This document shows positions 52,801 to 64,000 of a stretch of 64,000 nucleotides of DNA, in pieces. Numbering within the stretch: the stretch's first letter is position 1; each line of letters starts with the position of its first letter. The stretch is from the human T2T-CHM13v2.0 reference genome, Homo sapiens. The stretch lies in NCBI RefSeq assembly GCF_009914755.1, contig NC_060936.1; one strand, given 5' to 3'. The translations under genes were made by a program, and so were the position numbers. The notes under the pieces were generated by a model. It saw nothing but the letters and a program-made list of their open reading frames with translations. It did not search any database and had not been told where the DNA came from.

Positions 52801-55800
52801 GGCCCCGCGGGGTGCCGCCCAAACCGGCAGGGAGGCTTGAAAGAGGAGATCCAGGCACAGGTGGAATGAAAATAACTGGCTTGATAGAGCAGTCGTCTTG
52901 GCCCCTGGCCCCACCACGCCACACCTGCAGCACATGCACAGGGTCCCGCGTTCACACCCCCAGAGTGGCTGGGCCCTAGGAAGCCCCACCCAAAGAGAAA
53001 GGGAGGCTTGAAATGGGAGTTCGAGGCACCGGTGGGAGGACAAAAAACTGGCGTGACAGAGCAGGGGTCTTGGCCCCTGGCCAACACCACGTCCCCCCGC
53101 CGTGCAAGTCCAGGGTCGTGGGGAACCTGGCGTCCTGGGTTCGCGCCCCCAGACCGGCAGGACCCTGCGTCGGGCCGCCTAAAGGGGCAGGGAGGCTTGA
53201 AAGGGGAGGTTGAAGTAAGGAGACGTGCAGGCACAGGTAGAAGGAAAGAAAAACTGTAGAGGCAGAGCAGGGATCTTGGCCCCTGGCCCCACCCCACGTC
53301 CCTCCAGCCACACATGAGCAGGGTTCCGGGACAGTGGGGTCCCAGGTTCGCGCCTCCAGAGCAGCTGGACCCCTCGGGGGGCCGCCCAAAGAGGCAGGGA
53401 GGCTTGAAAGAGGAGGTCAAGGCACTGATGGAAGGAAAAAAAACAAGTGAGGCAGAACAGAGATCTTGGCCCCTGGACCCCCAACGTGCCCCCTGCCGCA
53501 TATCTTTGGGGTCCTGGGATCCTGGGGTCCAGGGTTCGCTCCCCCGGAGTGGGTGGCCCCACAGCGGGTGGACCCCGCAGCGGGCAGCACAAAGAGGCAG
53601 GGAGGCTTGAAAGGGGAGGTCGAGGCACCGGTGGAAGGAAAAAAACTGGCGAGGCACAGCAGGTTTCTTGGCCCCTGGCCCCACCCATGCACCCCTTGCC
53701 GCGCATTCGCGGGGTCCGGGGGACACTGGGTCCCGGGTTCGTGCTCCTGGTGAGGTTGGGCCCCTCGGGGTGCCGTCCAAAGCGGCAGGGAGTTTTGAAA
53801 GTGGAGATCGTGGTCCCCATGGAAAGAAAAAAAACGAAGCAGTAGAGCACGAGTCTTGGCCCCTGGTCCCCCGGACACCGCCCCTGCCGCATATGCACGG
53901 GGTCTCTGGGACTCTGGGGTCCCGGGTTCGTGCCCCCGGAGCTGCTGGACACATCGGGGGGCCGCCCAAAAACTCATTGAGGCCTGAAAGGGTAGGTCAA
54001 GGCAGCGGTGGAAGGAAAAAAAACCTGCGCAGCAGAGCAGGTGTCTTGGTCCCTGGCCAACGCCATGCCACCCCTGCTATGCATTTGCGGGATCCAGACA
54101 CCCTGGGGTCCCGGGTTCGCGCCCCCAGAGCAGCTGGACCCAGCGGGGGCCGCCCAAAGAGGCAGGGAGACTTGAAAGGAGAGGTCCACACGCCGGTGGA
54201 AGGAAAAAAATAACCGACGAAGCAGAGCAGGGAGGCTTGAAAGGGGAGGTCAAGGCAACGGTGGAAGGAAAAAAAATGGTGAGGCAGAGCAGGGGTCTTG
54301 GAACCTAGCCCCCGCCCCGCCGTGTCTCACCATCCCCCATGCACGGTGTCCCGCATTCGCTCCCCCTGAGCAGCTGGGCCATGCAGGGTGCTGCCCAAAG
54401 TGGCAGGGAGGCTTGAAAGGGGAGGTCGAGGCAGCAGTGGAAAGAAAAAATATCCGCCATGGTAGAGCAACGGTCTTGGCCCCTTCCCCGCAGCCCCCAC
54501 GCCATCCCTGCCGCGCATGTACGGGGTCCTGGGGACACTGGGGTACCGGGTTCGTGCCCCCGGAGCAGCTGGACCGCGTGGCGGGTGGCCCAAAGAGGCT
54601 GGGAGCTGTTGGCATGCTAGGGCTCCTGGGGACATGGGGATCTGGGGTTCGCGCCCCCGGAGCTGCTGGGCCCCACAGGGTGCCGTCTAAAGCGGCAGGG
54701 AGGCTTGAAATGGGAGGTCGAGGCACTGGGGTAAGGAAAAAAACCGAGGAGGCAGAGCAGAGATCTTGGCCCCTGGCGAAGCCCACACGCACTCTGCAGT
54801 GCATTCGCGCTGTTCTAGGGAACCTGCGGTCCTGGGTTCACGCCTGGGAGCGGCTGAGCCCTAGGGGGAGCTGCCCAAAGTGGCAGGGAGGCCCAAAATG
54901 GGAGGTCGAGGCACGGGTGGAAGGAAAAACAACCTGCGCAGCAGGGCAGGGGTCTTGGCCCCTGGTCCACACCACGCTCCCCCTGCCGCTCATGCACGGG
55001 GTCCAGGGGACCCTGGGGTGCCGGGTTCGTGCCCCCAGAGTGGCTGGACCCCACGGCGGGCTCCCCAAAGAGGCAGGGAGGCTTGAAATGGGAGGTCGAG
55101 CCACCGGTGGAAGGAAAAAATACCGGCGAGGCAGAGCAGGGTTCTTGGCCCCTGGCCAACCACACACACTCCCTGCTTCGCATGCATGGGGTCCCAGGGA
55201 CCCTGAGGTCCTGGGTTCACGCCCCCAGAGCGGCTCGACCCAGCGGCGGGCTGCCCCAATAGGCAGGGAGGCTTGAAAAGTGAGGTCGAAGAAAGGGGAT
55301 GTTGAGGCACCGGTGGGAAAAAAAAAAACTGGCGAGGCTGAGCAGGGGTCTTGGCTTCTAGCCCCACCCATGTCTCCCTGCTGTGCATGCACTGGGTCCC
55401 GGGTTTGCACCCACGGAGTGGCTGGGCCCCGCGGGGTGCCGCCCAAAGCAGCAGGGACACTTGAAAGGAGAGGTCGAGGCACCAGTGGAAGGAAAAAAAC
55501 CGGCCAGGCACAGCAGGGTTCTCGGACCCTGGCCCCCCCTACGCCCACCCTGCCGTGCACTGCGCGGGGTCCTGGGGACCCTGGAATGCCCGGTTCGCGC
55601 GACCGGAGCGGCTGGACATGGTGGGGGGGCCGCCCAAAGGTGCAGGGAGGCTTGAAAGAGGACGTAGAGGCACCGGTGGAACGCAAAAAAACGGGCGAGG
55701 CCAAGGCCAAGTCAAAGTCCAAGTTCAAGGCCAGTTCCAAGTCCAAGTTTAAGTTCAAGTTCAAGGCCAAGTTTAAGGCCAGGGATCCCAGGTTCACACT

Positions 55801-58800
55801 CTGGGAGTGCTGGAACCCGCAGGGGGCCTTTCAACGAGACAGGGTGGTTTGAAAGGGGAGGTCGAGGCACCAGTGGAAGGAACATAACCGGCGAGGCATA
55901 GCAGGGGTCTTGGCCCCTGGCCCCGCCAACGCCGCTCCTGCGGCGCATGTGCGGGGTTACGGGGACTCTTGGTTCCTGGGTTTGCGCCCCCAGAGTGACT
56001 GGACCCCGCAGGGTGCTGCCCAAAGAGGCACGGAGGCTTGAAAGGGGAGGTCGAGGCGCCGGTGGAAGGAAAAAAACTGGCGAGGCAGAGCAGGGGTCTT
56101 GGCCCCTGCTCCCCGCCACGCACCCCCTCCCATGCATGCGCGGGGTCCTTGAGACCCTGGGGTCCTAGCTTCATAGCCCTGGAGCAGCTGGAACCCGCGG
56201 GGTGCCTCTCAAAGCGACAGGGAGGCTTGAAAGGGGATGTCGAGGCACCAAAGGAAAAAAAAAACGGAGAGGCAGAGCAGGGTTCTTGGCCGCATGCACC
56301 ACCACGCCCACCCTACTGTGCATGCACGGGTTCCTGGGGACCCTGGGGTCCTGGGTTCACGCCCCCGGAGCGGCTGGACCCTGCGGGGTGCCGCTCAAAG
56401 CAGCAGAGAGACGTGAAAGGGGAGGTGAAAGAATCAATGGAAGGAATAAAAACCGGTGAGGCAGAGCAGGGCACTTGGCCTCTTGCACACCCATGCCCAC
56501 TGTGCTGTGCATGGGCGGGATCCCGCGTTCATGACCCCAGAGCGGCTGGGCCCCGCAGGGTGCCTTTCAAAGCGGCAGGGAGGCTTGAAAGTGAAGGTCG
56601 AGGCACCAGTGGAAGGAAAAAACACTGGCGAGGCAGAGCAAGGTTATTGGCCCCTGGCCCCCCTCACGCACACCCTGCCACGCATGCGCGGGGTCCCAGA
56701 GACCCTGGGGTCCCAGCTTCACGCCCTGGAGCAGCTGGACCCTGCGGGGTGCTGCTCAAAGCGGCAGGGAGGCTTGAAAGTGGAGGTCGAGGCACCGGTG
56801 GAAGGAAAAAAATCCGGCGCGGTAGAGCACGGTTCTTGGTCCCTGGCACCCCCATGCACACCCCTGCCGCTCATGCGCGGCGTCCGGAGTTCGTGCCCCC
56901 GGAGCGGCTGGGCCCCGCGGGGTGCCGCCCAAAGCGGCAGGGAGGATTGAAAGGGGAGGATGAGGCACTGGGGGAAGGAAAAAAAACGGCTGCTTTAGAG
57001 CAGGGGTCTTGGCACATGGCCCACCCCATGACGCCCCTGCCACGCATGCGCGGGGTCCCAGGGACCGGGGAGTCCCGGGTTCACGCCCCTGGAGTGGCTG
57101 GAACCCGCGGGGGCCCGCCCAAAGAGTCAGGGAGGCTTGAAAGGGGAGGTCAATGCCCCAGTGGAAGAAAAAAAAAACGGCGAGGCAGAGCAGGGTTCTT
57201 GGCCCCTGTCCCCACCAACGCTCACCCTGCCGCACATGCGTGGGGTACTGGGGATGCTGGGGTCCCGGGTTCACGCCCCCGGAGCAGCTGGGCCCCGCGG
57301 GGTGCTGCTCAAAGCAGCAAGGAGGCTTGAAATGGGAGGTCGATGCACCTGTGGAAGGAAAAAAAACGGGCAAGGCTGAGCAGGGTTCTTGGCCCTCGGT
57401 ACCCGCCCCCCCATGCCACCACTGCCACGCATGTACGATGTCCAGGGTTCGTGCCCCGGAGCAGCTGGACCAGACGGGGGACTGCCCAAATAGTCAGGCA
57501 GGCTTGAAAAATGAGATCGAGGCACCAGTGGAAGGAAAAAACACCGGCGAGGCAGAGCAGAGGTATTGGCCCCTGTCCAAAACCACGCACCCCATTCGGT
57601 GCATACACGGGGTCCCGGGTTTGCACCCCCCGAGCGGCTGGACACTGCGGGGGGCTGCCCAAAGAGGCAGGGAGACTTGAAATGGGAGGTCGAATCACCG
57701 GTGAAAGGAAAAAAAAGCCGCGGTAGAGCAGGGGTCTTGGCCCATGGCCCATATCACGCCATCCCTGCCATGCATGTGCGGGGTCCCGGACACCCTGAGG
57801 TCCCAGATTCGCGACCCCGGAGTGGCCTGACCCCGCGGGGGGCCGCACATAGAGGCAGAGAGGCTTGAAAGGGGAGGTCGAGGAACCGGTGAAAGGAAAA
57901 ATTCTGGCGCCTCAGAGCGGGGGTCTTGGCTCATGGCCCCACCCACACCGCCCCTGCTGCACATGCGCAGGATCCCGGGGACCCTGGGCTCCCAGGTTTG
58001 CACCGCCGGCGTGGCTAGATCCCTTGCGGGGCAGCCCAAACAGGCAGGGAGGCTTGAAAGTTGAGGTCGAGGACCCGGTGGAAGGAAAATAAACTGGCGA
58101 GGCAGAGCAGGGGTCTTAGCCGCTGGCCTTCCCCACGCCCCCGCTGCCATGCATGTGCGGGGTCCTAGGGACCCTGAGGTCTCGGGTTCACCCCCCCGGA
58201 GCGGCTGCACCCCACAAGGAGCCGCCCAAAGAGGCAGGGAGTCTTGAAAGGGGAGATCGAGGCACCCGTGGAAGGAAAAAGAACTGCCGAGGGAGAGCAG
58301 GGGTCTTGGCCCCTGGCCTCCCCCATGCCACCCCTGCTGCTCATGTGCGGGGTCCTGGGGACCCTGGGGTTCGGGGTCCATGCCTCCGGAGTGGCTGGGC
58401 CCTGCGCGGTGCCGCCCAAAGCGGCAGGGATGCTTGAAAGGGGAGGTCGAGGCACCGGTGGAAGGAAAAAAAAACCGCCGTGGTAGAGCACGGTTCTTGG
58501 ACCCTGCAACCCCCATGCCGCCCCTGCCGCGCAAGCGCGGGGTCCAGGGATTCTGAGGTCGCGGGTTCGCGCCCCCGGAGGGACTGGACCCAGCAGGGTG
58601 CCGCCCAAAGAGGCAGGGAGGCTTGAAATGGGAGGTTGAGTCACCGGTGGAAGGAAATAAAACCGGCGAGGCAGAGCAGGGGTCATGACCCCTGGCCCCC
58701 CACACGCACACCCTGCCGCACATGCGCAGTGTCCCAGGGACCCTGGGGTCCCCCGTTCACGCCCCGGAGGGGGTGGTCCCCCCGCGGGATGCCGGCCAAA

Positions 58801-59670
58801 GCGGCAGGGAGGCTTGAAAGGCCAGGGGTCCCGGGTTCGCACCCCACAAGGAGCCGCCCAAAGAGTCAGGGAGTCTTGAAAGGGGAGGTCGAGGCACCCG
58901 TGGAAGGAAAAAAAACTGGCGAGGCAGAGCAGGGGTCTTGGCCCCTGACCCCTCCCCCCGCCTCCCCTGCCGCGCATGCGCAGGGTCCCAGGACTGTGGG
59001 GTTCTGGGTTCGCTCCACCAGAGCAGCTGGACCTCGTGGGGTGCTGCCCAAAAAGGCAGGGAGGCTTGAAAGGGGAGATGGAGGCACCGGTGGAAGGAAG
59101 AAAACCTGACGATGTAGAGCAGGGGTCTTGGCCCCGGGCCTTCCTCGTGCCACCCCTGCCGCGCATGCGCGTGGTCCAGGGGACCCTGCCGCCAAAGAAG
59201 CAGGGAGTCTTGAAAGGCCAGGGGTCCCGGGTTGGCGCCTCAGGACTGGCTGTACCCCGCGTAGGGCCGCCCAAAGAGGCAGGGAGGCTTGAAAGGGTAG
59301 GTCGAGGAACTGGTGGAAGGAATAAAAACTGGCGAGGCAGAGCAGGGGTCTTCGCCCCTGGCCTTCCCCCGCAAGCCCCACCTGCCACGCATGCACGGGG
59401 GCCCGGGGACACTTGCGTCCCAGATTCACTCCCCCAGAGCAGCTGAACACAGCAGGGGGCCGCCCAACGAGGCAGGCAGGCTTGAAATGGGAGGTCGAGG
59501 CACTGGTGGAAGGAAAAAAACCCAGCGAGGCAGAGCAGGGTTCGGGCCCCTGGCTCCCCCCGCCGCGCATGCGCGGGTCCCGGGAACACCAGGGTTCCTG
59601 ATTCGTGTCCATGGAGCGGCTGGGCCCCTGGCCCACCCCTGCGGCTCATGCATCGGTCCCGGGGGATCCC
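49803..59670 (+). repeat. Gamma-family satellite class C (possibly GSATII-like), CpG-rich, ~189 bp
   Basis: Unit GGCAGGGAGGCTTGAAAGGGGAGGTCGAGGCACCGGTGGAAGGAAAAA..GGCAGAGCAGGGGTCTTGGCCCCTGGCC..GCGCATGCGCGGGGTCCC. Shares its core with class A but lacks GGGAAGATAA. Confidence 0.8.
55697..55780 (+). repeat. Degenerate hexamer tract, 14 units of AAG(G/T)(C/T)(C/T)
   Basis: gaggcc aaggcc aagtca aagtcc aagttc aaggcc agttcc aagtcc aagttt aagttc aagttc aaggcc aagttt aaggcc, in unbroken 6-bp phase. Confidence 0.9.
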
Positions 59671-62600
59671 ACTTGGGGCCAGGGCCCTGACCCCTGCTCT
59701 GCAGCGCCGGGTTTTTTTTTACTTCCACCATTGTCTCGGCCTCCCCTTTCAAGCCTCCCTGCGGCCTTGGGCGGCCCCCAGCGGGACCCAGCAGCTCCGG
59801 GGGCTCGAACCTGGGACCCCGGGGTGCCCAGGACTCGTGCATCTACAGCAGGGATGGACTAGGGACCCCGACCCTGCTCTGCCGCGCCGGGTTTTTTTTC
59901 CTTCCACCTGTACCTCGGCTTCCCTTTCAAGCCTCTCTGCCACCTTGGGCTGCCCCCCGCGGGCCCAGCCACTGCGGGGGTGGGAACCCGGGACCCTAGG
60001 GTCCCCGGGGCTTCACGCATGCGTGGCAAGAGGCAGCCAGGGGCCCTGAACCCTGCTCTGCAGCGCCGAGTTGTTCTTCCTTCCACCAGTGCCTCGGCCA
60101 CCCCTTCCAGGCCTCCCTGCCGCTTTGGGAGGCCCCCCGCGGGGCCCAGCAGCTCCGAGGGCATAAACCCAGGACCACGGGGTCGCTGGGACCTTGCTCA
60201 TGTGTGGCAGCGTGGGGCCAGGGGCCCCGAACCCTGCTCTGCTGCGCTGGGTTGTTCTTTCCACCAGTGTGTCGGTCCCTCGGCCTCCCCATTCAAGCCT
60301 CCCTGCAACCTTCGGCGGTCCCTCATGGGGCCCAGCAGCTCCGGAGGCACGAACCCGGGACCCCAGGGTCCCCGGGACCTCGCGCATGCACGGCAGGGTG
60401 TGGCCAGGTTCCGCGACCCCTGCCCTGCTGTGCCGGGTTTTTTTTCTTTCCACCGGTGACTCTGCCTCCCCGTTCTAGCTCCCCTGCTGATTTGGGCGGC
60501 ACCACGTGGGGCCCAGCAGCTCCAGGAGCGTGAAACCAGGACCCCGGGGTCCCCGGGAACAGCTCATGCACGGCAGGGTGGGGCCAGGGGCCCGGACCCC
60601 TGCTCTTCCACGCCGGGTTTCTTTTCCTTCCACCTGTAGCTTGGCCTCCCCTTTCAAGACTCCCTGCCGCCTTGGGGCGTACCACGAGGAGCCCAGCAGC
60701 TCCGGCGGCGGGAACCCGGGATCCCGGGGTGTTTGGGATCCTGTGCATGTGTGGCAGAGGGGAGCCAGGGGTCCTGAACCCTGCTCTGCCTCGCCGGAAT
60801 TTTTCCTTCCACCTGTGCCTTGGCCTCTGCTTTCAAGACTCCCTGCCGCCTTTGGCGGCACCCTGCTGGTCCCAGCCACTCTTGGGGCGTGAACCCAGTA
60901 CCCCAAAGTCCCCGGGATCCCGCGTATGCGCGGCAGGGTGGGGCCAGGGGCCCAGACCCCTGCTCTGCCGCACTGGGTTGTTCCTCCTTCCACCAGTGCC
61001 TTGGCCTCCCCTTTCAAGCCTCCCTGCTGCCTTGGACGGCCCCAGGCGAGGCCCAGCAGCTCCCGGAGCACGAACCTGGGACCCCTCTCATGCCCAGCAG
61101 GGAGCAGCCAGTTGCCCAGACCCTTGCACTGCCGCGCCGGGTATTTTTTCCTTACACTGGTGCCTAGGCCGCCCCTTTCAAGACTCCCTGCCGCCTTGTG
61201 CAGCCCCCGGGGCGCCCAACCGCCCCAGGGGAGCGAACTCAAGACCCCAGTTTCCCAGGCAACCCACGCATGCGTGGCAGGGGGCAGCCAGAGGCCCCGA
61301 AACCTGCTCTGCCACACCAGGTTGTTTTTCCTTCCACCAGTGCCTTGGCGACCCCTATCAGGCGTCCCTGTCTCTTTGGGCGGCCCCCTGCGGGGCCGAG
61401 CCGCTCTGGGGGCACGAACCCGGGACCCCAAGTTCCCTGAGACCCCACGCAAGTGCGGCAGGGGCGGGCGTGGAGGGGGTCAGGGGCCAAGAAAACTGCT
61501 CTACTGGGCCGGTTTGTTTTCCATCCACCGGAGACTCGACCTCCCCTTTCAAGCCTCCCTGCCGCTTTGGGCGGCAACCCGCGGGGCCCAGCAGCTCCGG
61601 GGGCGCTATCCAGGGACTCCAGGGTACCCGGGACCCCGCGCATGCGCGGTAGGGGCGGCAAGGGGTGGCCAGGAGCAGGTTTTTCTTCCTTCCACCGGTG
61701 GCTCAACCTCCCCTTTCAAGCCTCTGTGCTGCTTTTGACTGCACCCCGCGGGGCCCTGCCAATCCGGTGGCGCGAACCTGGGGTCCCCAGTACACGCGCA
61801 TGTACGTCAGGGTCGGCGTGAGCAGGGCCAGGGGCCAAGACCCCTGCTCTACCACGCCGTTTTTTTTTCCTTTAACCGGTGCCTCGACATCCCTTTCAAG
61901 CCTCCCTGCAGCTTTGGGCGGCACCCTGCATGGCCCAGCCTCTCCGGGGGCATGAACCCTGGACCCCAGGGTCCCCAGGAAACCACGCATATGCGGCAGG
62001 GAGGGCGTGGGGGGGTCCAAGGACCAAGACCCCTGCTCTGCCTCGCCAGTTAATTTTCCTTCCACCGGTGCCTCGACCTCCCATTTCAAGCCTCCCTGCC
62101 TCTTTAGGCGGCACCTTGCGGGGTCCAGCCTCTACGGGGGCGAAAATCCGGGACCCCAGGTTTCGCTGGACCCCACGTATGCGCTACAGAGGGGGCGTGG
62201 GTGGGGCCAGTCGCCAAGACCCCTGCTCTGCCTCGCCGATTTTTTTCCTTCCACCTGTGCCTGGACCTCCCTTTTGAAGCCTCCCTGACGCTTTGGGCGG
62301 ACCCCGCGGTCTCCAGCCTGTCCGGGGGTGCGAATGCGGGACCCCTGTGTCCCAGGGACCCCGCGCATGCGTGGAAGCGATGGCGTGGTGGCCATGGGCG
62401 AAGACCTCTGCTCTACCGTGGCCGTTTTTTTTTCCTTCTTATCAGTGCCTCACCCTCCACTTTCAAGCCTCCCTGCCTCTTTGGGCAGTCCCCTGCTGGG
62501 TCCAGCCGCTCCGAGGTCGTGAACCCTGGACCCCAGGGTCTCAGAGACCTTGCGCATGCGCGGCAGATTGGGCGTGGGGTGGGGTCAGGGGCCAATATCC

Positions 62601-64000
62601 CTGCCCTGCATCTCTTTTTTTTTTCCTTCCACTGGTGCCTCGATCTCCACTTTCAAGCCTCCTTGTCACTTTGGGCGGCAAACCCGGGGCCCAGCCTCTC
62701 CGGGAGCACGAACCCAGGACCCCAGGGTCTCCGAAACCCCACGCATGTGTGGTAGGGTGGGTGTTGGGAGGTGCCAGGGGCCAAGACCCCTGCTCTGTCT
62801 TGCCGGTTTTTTTTTCCTTCCACTGATGCCTCGACCTCCCCTTTCAAGCCTCCCTGCCTCTTTGGGCTGCCCCCTGGGGGGTCCAGCCCCTCCTTGGGCG
62901 AGAACCCGAGAATTAACGGCCTCCGGGACCCCGCGCATACGTGGCAGGGGGCGCGTGGGGGGACCAGGGTCCAAGATCCCTCCTCTGCCTTGCCAGTTTT
63001 TTTCCTTCCACCGCTGTCTTGACTTTTCTTTGCCTGGACCTTTCATTTCAAGCCTCTTACCTGCTTTGGGCGGCGTGCTGCAGAGACCAACCACTCCAGG
63101 GGTGCAGACCCGGAATCCCGCGCATGGGCAGCAGGGGGCGCGTGGGATTGGCCAGGGGCCACGACCCCTGCTCTGCCGCTCTGGTTTTTTTTTCCTTCCA
63201 CTGGGGCTTTGACCTCCCCTTTCAAGCCTCCCTGCTTCTTTTCGCGGCTCCCCGCAATGTCCAACCACTCCGGGGGCGCGAACCCAGCACCCAAGAATCC
63301 TGGGGACCTCACGCATGCGCGGCAGGGGCGGCGTGTGGGGGGTCATGGGCCAAGACTCCTGCTCTACAGCGGCGAATTTTTTCCTTCCCCCAGGGCCTCG
63401 ACCTCCCCTTTCAAGACCCCCTGGTTCTTTGGGCGTCGTCCCGCGGGGTCGAGCCGCTCTGGGAGCGCGAACCCTGGACCCCAGGCATGCGCAGCAAGGG
63501 GGCGCGTGAAGGGGGCCAGGGCCAAGACCCTGCTTTGCCTTGCCGGTTTTTTTTCCTTCCACCAGTGCCTCGACCTCCCCTTTCAAGTCTCCCTGCCTCT
63601 TTGGGAGGCCCCCCGCGAGGTCCACCCGCTCCAGGGGCCCAAACCCAGGATCACAGGGTCCCCGGGACACCGTGCATGCGTGGCAGTGGTGGCGTGCGTG
63701 GGTGGGGGTCCATGGGCCAAGACCCTTGCTCAACCGTGGCGTTTTTTATCCTTTCTCCAGTGCCTCGACCTCCCTTTTCAAGCATCCCTGCCTCTTTGGG
63801 CAGTCCCCAGCAGTGTCCAGCTGATATGGGGCCTCGAACCCGGGACCTCAGCGTCCCCAGGAAACCGCGCATACCCAGCAGTGGAGGCGTGCGTTGGCCA
63901 GGGGTCAAGAACCCTGCTCTTCCGCGCTGTTTTTTTTTTTTCCTTCCACCGGTGCCTTGACCTCCCATTTCAAGCCTCCCTCCGCTTTGGGCGGCACCCC
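59671..64000 (-). repeat. Gamma-family satellite class C, inverted block (runs off the window end)
   Basis: CCCTGCTCTGCC..TTCCTTCCACC..CCTCCCCTTTCAAGCCTCCCTGCC units. A ~180-bp variant runs to about 61.45 kb, then ~189-bp units. Confidence 0.8.

Noticed and set aside
55697-55780. Interstitial telomeric repeat
   Set aside because: The hexamer does not match TTAGGG or CCCTAA in any phase.
55280-55852. ORF with a KAKSKSKFKFK basic tract (and NLALNL on the other strand)
   Set aside because: This is just the translation of the hexamer tract; there is no evidence of a gene.
895-63968. Hundreds of ORFs, some 300-540 aa (e.g. 52347-53969, 58165-59649, 30191-31441)
   Set aside because: They overlap in all six frames and repeat the same satellite-derived peptides (STSPFKPYLP, LERGGRGT). 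GC-rich repeats lack stop codons, and frames shift at variable A-tracts. No recognisable protein domain.
1767-64000. CRISPR-like conserved motif with variable intervening sequence
   Set aside because: The intervening sequences are homologous to each other, the period is 180-212 bp, the context is primate satellite, and there are no cas genes.
49803-64000. Genic CpG-island promoter, SST1 or rDNA spacer
   Set aside because: The CpG richness is intrinsic to the ~189-bp tandem unit that shares the gamma core. No unique sequence and no kilobase-scale SST1 unit.
1-64000. Assignment to a specific chromosome (8, X and 12 are known gamma-satellite sites)
   Set aside because: No unique anchor that I can recognise; this needs alignment to a reference.

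Overview
This window is non-coding primate (very probably human) pericentromeric satellite DNA, and I can support no protein-coding or RNA gene in it. Positions 1-1766 are diverged monomeric alpha satellite (171-172 bp units, no CENP-B box). It joins directly to about 62 kb of GC-rich gamma-satellite-family repeats (GSAT/GSATX/GSATII-like). The gamma array has at least three monomer classes: A (~212/195 bp, 1767-47355), B (~189 bp, 47356-49802) and C (~189/180 bp, 49803-64000). It switches strand five times (~5032, ~11125, ~26711, ~47355, ~59671). One solo ERV9 LTR12 with a 4-bp TSD sits at 25381-26548. It carries a 51-bp antisense Alu patch and a mutated poly(A) signal, and it points into a fold-back palindrome about 160 bp downstream. 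That LTR-promoter/hairpin arrangement is the most interesting candidate, but its activity is hypothetical. All listed ORFs are by-products of GC-rich repeats. The chromosome cannot be determined from the sequence alone. Strand labels for gamma blocks are my own convention (+ = GCTTGAAAGGGGAGG...GGAAGGAAAAA on the top strand). Coordinates and periods were counted by eye.
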